A DNA stretch of 43,070 nt from a virus (lineage: Duplodnaviria; Caudoviricetes), in the IMG/VR virus record IMGVR_UViG_3300032274_000015, positions 1 to 43,070 of that record; one strand, written 5' to 3'. The translations under genes and the position numbers were made by a program. Positions 36,833-43,070 of the stretch are shown here, piece by piece. How positions within the stretch are numbered: position 1 is the stretch's first letter; the number at the start of each line of letters is the position of its first letter. A model generated the notes under the pieces. The model did no database searches. It was not told the origin of the DNA and saw only the letters and a list, made by a program, of their open reading frames with translations.

Positions 36833-36869
36833 ATCTGTAACTTGTATTAATGTGATGTGTTAGTTGGGA

Positions 36870-37727
36870 CTATTCAAAAAAGGATGTGAATCCTTTCCCA
36901 CGGGTGGTTCCCCCCGCATCTGGCTGTATTAATCTTTCTTCTCTGTTTATGAGAATGCTAAGTTCGTTTCGTAAAGTGTCATCATCGAGGGACTCAACAG
37001 TTCCGCGCGGCTTTCCACTAAGTCTAATAGCTAGATCTTCTAGCCTCTTGCGGCTTGCGAGCTCCATCTTTGGTTTTTGATCCTCCGCGTATATCTCGGG
37101 ATCCTCATATTTGATACCCCCGACAACACTGCGGTAATCATCTATCTTTTGACGCTCGCGCCCAAGTTTCTTTTCGAGATCTCTCTGCTGACTTTGAATT
37201 ATCTTGGTATCCTTGTCCTGTTGTAGAAGAGATTTACGTAGGGCTATGCTTTCTTTTCGAGCTTCCTCTACACGTTTGATTTCATCTCTTTTTGCCGCCG
37301 CTCCGAACGTGGCACTCGCGGCATTCAGCATCGTACGCATGGAGTCCCCACCCCCTGCGAAAGCCCCTGCATTCGTAGTCACGTAATTCCCCCACTTCTG
37401 TTGCTTGGTGTAGGGGTCATCGCCCGAATTGTTGATGCCCTCAAAAACCGAAGATAGGGTACTTATTTTATCATTAAACTCTCGTTGCTGGGAAGACCTC
37501 TTACGAGCCTCATCTAAAGCTAGCTTTTGGGTTTCATACTGCATATCCCTACTCCGAGTTCTCTCAACAGTATCAATCATCTTCTCAGCCATTTGCATGG
37601 TGCCTTGCTTTATAGGGGCGGAAGTATCGGCATACTTCCTCGCTAGAGCGGAGGCGTACACGGATGGGGTATCAAAATAACCCCCTTTTAAGGGGGTAAT
37701 GTCCCCCGCTATTGAAAATTCTGCCAT
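36870..37727 (-). CDS. Probable internal virion (ejection) protein
   Basis: 285 aa, helical, Cys-free, directly upstream of the giant protein. Confidence 0.6.
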   Translation of the reverse strand: MAEFSIAGDITPLKGGYFDTPSVYASALARKYADTSAPIKQGTMQMAEKMIDTVERTRSRDMQYETQKLALDEARKRSSQQREFNDKISTLSSVFEGINNSGDDPYTKQQKWGNYVTTNAGAFAGGGDSMRTMLNAASATFGAAAKRDEIKRVEEARKESIALRKSLLQQDKDTKIIQSQQRDLEKKLGRERQKIDDYRSVVGGIKYEDPEIYAEDQKPKMELASRKRLEDLAIRLSGKPRGTVESLDDDTLRNELSILINREERLIQPDAGGTTRGKGFTSFFE

Positions 37728-37736
37728 CTTTCTGGG

Positions 37737-38447
37737 TTATTCATTTAGGAGGTCCCTTTGCTTTTTACGGAGAAAGCTCGAGTAATAGTCCATTACACCC
37801 CTCTGCATTTCCTCACGCTCACGCATGTCTTCAGCCAGCTTTCTTCTATTAGCCTCTTCCTGCTCTCGGTAATCCTCTGTCTTAATTCCGGGTGTTCGGT
37901 AATTCATTTCCTTACCTAAGGCACCACTGACGACTCTTTCCGCGGAGGAATCAAGGCCTGCACGTTTAGCCCTTCGAGCTAATCGAAAGGCTCTCCCGAG
38001 GTCGGACTCTAATGGTCGATTACTACCTGAACCTAGAGAACTCGCTGATCCTAAAGGTGTTCCCTGCATTGCGGCTTGGCGGTCCAAGCCTCGAGTTTTA
38101 GTAGCCCCTCGTTGTCCCGCCAGTGCGGCGTTTTTATCCCGCGCCCGCTCATCCCGTTTGCTATAATATGTGCCGTCTCCAACCGTGCCGTATTCTGTAG
38201 CTTTGCGACCTTCTGGCTCAAAATCATTAGCACCCTCGTAAGGATTTTTAGCAAGGAAGGAATCAACTTTCTCGCGGTCTAGGCCTAGAGTATCCCCCCT
38301 ACCATAGAGGCTTTGGGTAAGATCGTCGTGGAAACCATCTTCATCGAAGGCTGTTTCAGATCCGATATTACCTTTACGTTGTTGCTCACGTATTTGTTTT
38401 GCAAATTTTTGACGCTTTTTAATGAGGTCTTTATCAGGGTCTGCCAT
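37737..38447 (-). CDS. Probable internal virion (ejection) protein
   Basis: 236 aa, charged, Cys-free, in the same operon. Confidence 0.55.
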   Translation of the reverse strand: MADPDKDLIKKRQKFAKQIREQQRKGNIGSETAFDEDGFHDDLTQSLYGRGDTLGLDREKVDSFLAKNPYEGANDFEPEGRKATEYGTVGDGTYYSKRDERARDKNAALAGQRGATKTRGLDRQAAMQGTPLGSASSLGSGSNRPLESDLGRAFRLARRAKRAGLDSSAERVVSGALGKEMNYRTPGIKTEDYREQEEANRRKLAEDMREREEMQRGVMDYYSSFLRKKQRDLLNE

Positions 38448-38458
38448 AACGTAATACC

Positions 38459-38487
38459 AATATACGTAAAATATAGTAATTCTGCAA
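38459..38487 (-). promoter_or_regulatory. Sigma70-type promoter for the internal virion operon
   Basis: TTGCAG-17 nt-TATATT, 11 nt upstream of ATG 38447. Confidence 0.6.
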
Positions 38488-38526
38488 GCACTAATACAGG
38501 TTTCTCAGGGGGTTGGCTAGCTTGGG

Positions 38527-38630
38527 TCGCATTAATTAAATAATGAATCATAGAAAAAGTTTTATATGTATTATAGATGTTATAACCTATATAAAAACTT
38601 TTCCAGACGGGGGTTATTTAATTAATGCGA
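38527..38630. repeat. AT-rich nested inverted-repeat element, copy 2
   Basis: Perfect 17-bp outer IR TCGCATTAATTAAATAA (38527-38543 / 38614-38630) and an imperfect inner IR AAAAGTTTTATAT / ATATAAAAACTTTT. Confidence 0.85.
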
Positions 38631-38634
38631 GTGA

Positions 38635-40413
38635 CTATAAGTAAGCATCATCGTTGTGTAGGGCGTCCTTCATGGACTTAATGTTCCTATTAGGGCGTGT
38701 GTATGACCCTCGACTCTTATCCTGCTCCCGTTTCTCTTGTGTTATTAGCCCGTGCCTTTGTCTCGCGCAGTCTAAGCATAGGAAAGCCGCATCCGCTAAG
38801 TCAGGACTCCTACCCAACCTTGATTTAAATTCAACCTTGGTCTCTATCTTTACCTTGAGCCCCCCAGTCTTAATGAGCTCATAGTTCCGTCCTATAATCT
38901 CCTGCGCTAGATCTGTATCTACCCCAAACAACTGCCCCGTCCTCATAAACTCCTTGCCAACGAACCAGAGTTCTGAGACTCGGTTGACATAAAGCTCTGT
39001 CCCCTTGAGTGTGGAAGTTACAGACACCCTTTTGTCCGAGGGCTTCCCACCAAACTGAACTCTCAAAAATCGTGAGGACCATTCCCCTGCCAAGACGTCG
39101 CAGAAAGGTGACCCCGCGCCAGTGGCATCCACCGCCAGATCGTCAGGGGCAATCCCTTCTTTAACACATATGTCTTTAACTTGAGTTACAATCTGGTATG
39201 TCCTTGGGACCGCTTTGTTGGTGGCATCATCATTTAGTTGATAGCTCCGCCCAAACTCAAACACGAAGTCTCCGTGGTAGTTGTAGCCAACGAACCCTGT
39301 GTAGAGCACCGCCCTATCACCACCATTAGTAAACGCAGGGTCGAGCCCCGCGACTTTCGTCGGTCTGCTCGCCCACTGCACGCTACCCATTGAACCGCTG
39401 TTTGATATCTCGTTTTCTGTGTAAATCCCCTCATCTTCATCAGAGTCATAAAACACCGCCCTAACCATCCGCATGTAAGCCCTAGATTCAGGACCAAGTA
39501 ATGCCTTGTCCTCGTCTAATTTTTCTTGGGTTGGTAGATATGGGTAAACTACTTCCCCTGCGATTATGTTGGGGCTCCTCTCCCCATCTAGGCGAATGTA
39601 CTGACCACCCCATTTCGTTTCCCACTCGTCTGCGACGTTTGTGTCAACTGAGTCCCAACCATCCCTCGGCTCCGCCCACACTCCGAATGCGTCAAAGCGA
39701 GAGTTAGGGTTACTCATACCGATGATCTTCAGGTTGGGGTTCTTTGATAAGTTTGATAGACCCGAGTGTACGATAGCCTCTGACAACTCTGAGAGCTCAT
39801 CCCCGATAAGTAATACGTTCTTTTGTTTAATACCGATGAATTTACCTACAGCTTCTCGCGTCTTCGATTTCTCTGCCGCGATTAAAGATATACCTGCCTT
39901 ATCCACAACCACCCCCGTTGGCGAGACATACGCGATACTACCAATTGAATCCCGTATCTTGAATGGTGCATCCTCTACCACGTTCAAGAGGGTGATAATT
40001 GAACCCCATATCCTTTTCCGTGCTTCCCGTAACGTGGTCGAGGTGACAAGGACCAGCGTATCCTTGGGCTGGGATAGGAAACATATGATACCCCACGCGG
40101 CCATTGTATGGGACTTAGTACTGGAAGCGGCGCCACCAATTGCCATGTATTTGTGCCCCGCCACTTCTTTTATCATTCGGTCGGACCACGGGTTCCGCTC
40201 CATCATAGGCTCTGGGAAATCAGGTCTATTCCATAGCTCATCACAAATCCTCCAGAAATAATACACCTTTTCTTCTACACCTTCGTGGTTTGCAAACCCA
40301 CATAACAATGAGGTAAGTAAACTGGTCTGTGGTATTTCTAAGTCACCCACGGATATGTTTCCAGATTCAGGGTTCAGGTAGGGCTCAAACTGCGTGTTAA
40401 TTTTTGTTCTCAT
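38635..40413 (-). CDS. terL: Terminase large subunit
   Basis: Walker A-like GGAASSTKS, Walker B LLIGDE, motif III GMSNP, nuclease motifs AGLDPA, VDATG and SPDLADA. Confidence 0.9.
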   Translation of the reverse strand: MRTKINTQFEPYLNPESGNISVGDLEIPQTSLLTSLLCGFANHEGVEEKVYYFWRICDELWNRPDFPEPMMERNPWSDRMIKEVAGHKYMAIGGAASSTKSHTMAAWGIICFLSQPKDTLVLVTSTTLREARKRIWGSIITLLNVVEDAPFKIRDSIGSIAYVSPTGVVVDKAGISLIAAEKSKTREAVGKFIGIKQKNVLLIGDELSELSEAIVHSGLSNLSKNPNLKIIGMSNPNSRFDAFGVWAEPRDGWDSVDTNVADEWETKWGGQYIRLDGERSPNIIAGEVVYPYLPTQEKLDEDKALLGPESRAYMRMVRAVFYDSDEDEGIYTENEISNSGSMGSVQWASRPTKVAGLDPAFTNGGDRAVLYTGFVGYNYHGDFVFEFGRSYQLNDDATNKAVPRTYQIVTQVKDICVKEGIAPDDLAVDATGAGSPFCDVLAGEWSSRFLRVQFGGKPSDKRVSVTSTLKGTELYVNRVSELWFVGKEFMRTGQLFGVDTDLAQEIIGRNYELIKTGGLKVKIETKVEFKSRLGRSPDLADAAFLCLDCARQRHGLITQEKREQDKSRGSYTRPNRNIKSMKDALHNDDAYL

Positions 40414-40418
40414 TATTA

Positions 40419-40446
40419 TTGCAATAAAGGTCTGCTAGATTATACT
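40419..40446 (+). promoter_or_regulatory. Sigma70-type promoter
   Basis: TTGCAA-16 nt-TATACT, 10 nt upstream of GTG 40457. Confidence 0.6.
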
Positions 40447-40456
40447 TGGGGACGTC

Positions 40457-41089
40457 GTGAGTAACAACTCCAAAAAGAAGAAGAATCCATTCGGTCGTAA
40501 TGGTAAAAAAGCGCGGCTCTTCCATAAGGCTATCCACTTATATGAAGAGGATTATAAACTAACGGAGATCTCGAAAGCTTGTGACGTACACACTTCGACT
40601 CTACGACGGTGGTTTCGACAGGCGGGGTTGCCCCCAAAACTCAATGGTAATGTCCCTAACCCTAAGCCCTACCTCGACGATCAAAAAGAGGTAGACCCTA
40701 AGAAAGTGTTTGATGGGTTTGAGGAACGGAAAGCTAAAGACGTAGTGGATGAGGCCAACACCATAGCTAAAGCTGAAGAGGAAAACAAAATCACAAACCT
40801 AGCAGGATCCCAGAGTACACCCGCTGATCAGTATCAGAGTTACATGGCTTCCAATTCCGTTAAACTGATGCGGGACGGTTTAAAGAACATGGCCCCTCCC
40901 AAGAACGTAAGGGAAATGGAAGTCCTAGATAAGATCGCTCGACGCCATTTTGGTTTGGATCAACGGGAATCCTCAGGGGTTGGTAATTTATCTATTGATA
41001 TTTCTATTCTGAACGACGCCGCCGCGACAACACGCACCAAGGTAACTAAAAAACCCGCCCCACCATCACACACCATCGACATAGACTAA
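40457..41089 (+). CDS. HTH protein, probable terminase small subunit
   Basis: N-terminal HTH (LTEISKACDVHTSTLRRW), helical core and a C-terminal SIDISIL strand; adjacent to and divergent from terL. Confidence 0.55.
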   Translation: MSNNSKKKKNPFGRNGKKARLFHKAIHLYEEDYKLTEISKACDVHTSTLRRWFRQAGLPPKLNGNVPNPKPYLDDQKEVDPKKVFDGFEERKAKDVVDEANTIAKAEEENKITNLAGSQSTPADQYQSYMASNSVKLMRDGLKNMAPPKNVREMEVLDKIARRHFGLDQRESSGVGNLSIDISILNDAAATTRTKVTKKPAPPSHTIDID

Positions 41090-41322
41090 TGTTTACATTA
41101 AGAGAAAAAACAACCAACCCCCATGTGGTAACCCTCGCAACCCAAAAAATAGGTTCCGAGGTGTCATACACCACGAAAGAAAAACGAGGAGTGTTCTATA
41201 GAGTCATACCCTCAAATGCCCGAGAGGTTTTTTACATCGCCAATCTGGAAACAGGGGTGGACTCATTTGCCCCAAGCGAAGGTGATGGGGTTTATATCGC
41301 TGAACGATGTATGCCTAAATAG
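41089..41322 (+). CDS. Hypothetical protein
   Basis: 77 aa; start overlaps the previous stop (TAATG). Confidence 0.65.
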   Translation: MFTLREKTTNPHVVTLATQKIGSEVSYTTKEKRGVFYRVIPSNAREVFYIANLETGVDSFAPSEGDGVYIAERCMPK

Positions 41323-41811
41323 ATGGTTGTAGGGGTAGATAATGGATCAAGTTCAGGGGGTGCGACTCTCTTAAAAATGGATGGCACCATAATCGAATAC
41401 TTCCCCCTACCTTCGATTAGCCGAGGTAAACGTTCAGAATTAGACGTAGGGAAATTTATATCAAAGATTCAGGTGCATGGTGCCCCGTGCAGGATCGGGG
41501 TAGAGGAGCCTCTCCACCACGCCCCTTCCTCGCAATCCATGCGGTCCATGGCTCTTTGTTATGGCCAACTCAAGGGATTAAGTATTGCCCTAGGGTGGGA
41601 GTTTATTGATGTCGGAGTACACCAGTGGCAGAAAAAGATCCTAGGTAATTTTCCTAAAGGCAAGTCAAAACACTATGCTCTCGCCACCGCAAAAAAACTC
41701 GCCCCTGAAGAAGAGTGGCTAGACCCTACAAAACCGAGGGCGAGAACAGCACATATGGGTATTGTAGATTCATACCTTATAGGTTATTACACGCTCAATG
41801 AGGTGAGGTAG
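41323..41811 (+). CDS. RuvC-like Holliday junction resolvase
   Basis: VVGVDNG (catalytic D), IGVEE, QWQKKIL and GIVDSYLIG match phage RuvC-like proteins. Confidence 0.8.
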   Translation: MVVGVDNGSSSGGATLLKMDGTIIEYFPLPSISRGKRSELDVGKFISKIQVHGAPCRIGVEEPLHHAPSSQSMRSMALCYGQLKGLSIALGWEFIDVGVHQWQKKILGNFPKGKSKHYALATAKKLAPEEEWLDPTKPRARTAHMGIVDSYLIGYYTLNEVR

Positions 41812-41813
41812 CG

Positions 41814-41888
41814 GGGTCTTTCGCCATTGACTTTGTTTTTAGACAAGGGTCTTTTGCCATTGACTTTGTTTTTAGATAGGGGTATTCA
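41814..41888 (+). promoter_or_regulatory. Tandemly duplicated 33-bp promoter segment
   Basis: GGGTCTTTYGCCATTGACTTTGTTTTTAGA occurs twice; the second copy gives TTGACT-17 nt-TATTCA, 7 nt before ATG 41896. Confidence 0.65.
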
Positions 41889-41895
41889 TTAGCTA

Positions 41896-42186
41896 ATGAG
41901 TTCAAAAAAAGATAGCCGATTGGTGAGGGCGGGTGTTAAAGGCTTTAACCGCCCCAAGAGGACCCCCAGCCACCCAAAAAAAAGTCACGTTGTTGTCGCT
42001 AAGGAGGGGGATAAAATAAAGACTATCCGATTTGGGGAGCAGGGGGCTAAGACCGCAGGGAAACCTAAGGCGGGAGAGTCCGAGCGGATGAAAGCCAAGA
42101 GGAGAAGCTTTAAAGCACGGCACGGTCGTAACATTAAAAAGGGCAAGTTGTCTGCGGCTTATTGGGCAAACAAGGTTAAATGGTAG
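41896..42186 (+). CDS. Conserved small basic phage protein
   Basis: KTIRFGEQG...RRSFKARH...SAAYWANKVKW pattern, which I recall as widespread in aquatic phages. Confidence 0.8.
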   Translation: MSSKKDSRLVRAGVKGFNRPKRTPSHPKKSHVVVAKEGDKIKTIRFGEQGAKTAGKPKAGESERMKAKRRSFKARHGRNIKKGKLSAAYWANKVKW

Positions 42187-42253
42187 GGGAGTTCCACCAA
42201 ATATGGCATTCATATTGACTACCCCCCCACCCCAACATATAACATACACACAC

Positions 42254-42439
42254 ATGACAACACCAAAGAAGAGCACCGTCAACAAAGCTGGGAACTACAC
42301 GAAGCCCTCCATGCGTAAGAGTCTTTTTAATAAGATAAAAGCAGGGGGTAAGGGTGGGAAGCCTAGCCAGTGGTCAGCCAGAAAAGCGCAGATGCTGGCC
42401 AAGCAATACAAAGCAAAAGGTGGCGGGTATAAAAAATAA
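42254..42439 (+). CDS. Small basic protein, DUF5872-like N-terminal half
   Basis: NYTKPSMRK...KGGKPSQWSARKAQMLAKQYKAKGGGY; start ATG 42254. Confidence 0.7.
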   Translation: MTTPKKSTVNKAGNYTKPSMRKSLFNKIKAGGKGGKPSQWSARKAQMLAKQYKAKGGGYKK

Positions 42440-42446
42440 ACTACCC

Positions 42447-42686
42447 ATGAAAACAGCATCCCAAAAGAGTTTAGATCGTTGGACCAAACAAAAATGGAGA
42501 ACCCCCTCAGGGAAAAAGAGTGGGGAGACGGGGGAAGTTTATGCCCCTTCTCGTGCAATTGAAAAGCTAAAGAGCACCAAAAAAGGGGCCACCAAGTTAG
42601 CTGAAGCTAATAAGAAAAAGAGAAAAGCGACTGCCAAGGGGGAGCAGTATGCACGTCATGGGCTACATAAAGGGAAGAAAAGATAA
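42447..42686 (+). CDS. Small basic protein, DUF5872-like C-terminal half
   Basis: SQKSLDRWTKQKWRT...YAPSRAIEKL...NKKKRKATAKGEQY; start ATG 42447. Confidence 0.7.
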   Translation: MKTASQKSLDRWTKQKWRTPSGKKSGETGEVYAPSRAIEKLKSTKKGATKLAEANKKKRKATAKGEQYARHGLHKGKKR

Positions 42687-42843
42687 GAAAAATCTTGACC
42701 CTGCTGTAGAAAAGACTTAAAAAGATCTCAGACACGAGATCAAGCAAGCATCCGAATTTCTCGCCCACCTTTCACTGAGGCAATCTGCCCTTGCGAACAG
42801 CAAGCGATGTCACGGCGAAAGCAAATAACCAACAAACAATCAA

Positions 42844-43070
42844 ATGAGCTATAAACCAGACAACTACCACCAGACCGATCCACCATGCGAACTTAAAAAA
42901 GATGTCATGGGTCGGCAAGGTTCTAAGAAAGGACAGAAAGAATCAACTCCGAGCGATGAAGGGTCGGATGCTTCGCCTTGTTCTGCTGGCAAGCTGTATG
43001 CCAAACGAGACTTAAAGGGAATTGCCAGCCTTTACGGAAAGCACCTGATGGCAATGACCTCCGAAGGATT
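42844..43070 (+). CDS. Partial hypothetical protein running off the window
   Basis: ATG 42844 after an A/C-rich leader; frame open to the end (MSYKPDNYHQ...KLYAKRDLKGIASLYGKHLMAMTSEG). Confidence 0.55.
   Translation, partial: MSYKPDNYHQTDPPCELKKDVMGRQGSKKGQKESTPSDEGSDASPCSAGKLYAKRDLKGIASLYGKHLMAMTSEG

Noticed and set aside
42770-42822. Hammerhead ribozyme (CTGA...GAAA)
   Set aside because: The core reads CTGAGGC rather than CTGAnGA, and the stem arrangement does not fit.

Overview
The window is a 43 kb piece of a tailed dsDNA bacteriophage genome, probably podovirus-like; the host cannot be determined from sequence alone. (1) 1-12.65 kb, minus strand: a morphogenesis block with portal, scaffold, major capsid protein, adaptor and tail fibre/LamG adhesin genes. 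(2) About 12.65-13.9 kb: a mostly non-coding, repeat-rich strand switch, possibly an origin or genome end. (3) 13.9-25.2 kb, plus strand: an early/accessory region. It is organised as an array of gene cassettes separated by seven copies, plus one core-only copy, of a conserved ~70-125 bp hairpin element showing compensatory base changes. Cargo includes an exact 438-bp-period cassette duplication, an amidoligase plus GATase-GGCT module and two (G-x-H-x)n His-repeat proteins. (4) 25.3-40.4 kb, minus strand: large terminase, two probable ejection proteins and a 3840-aa Cys-free polyvalent-type virion protein. (5) 40.4-43 kb, plus strand: a probable small terminase, a RuvC-like resolvase and small basic proteins. 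No integrase, recombinase, reverse transcriptase, DNA polymerase, Cas gene or tRNA was recognised. Other unexplained non-coding structures are a nested AT-rich palindromic element present twice, 25.7 kb apart, and a tandem covarying motif in the capsid gene leader. Protein family calls rest on motif recognition by eye; no database searches were run.
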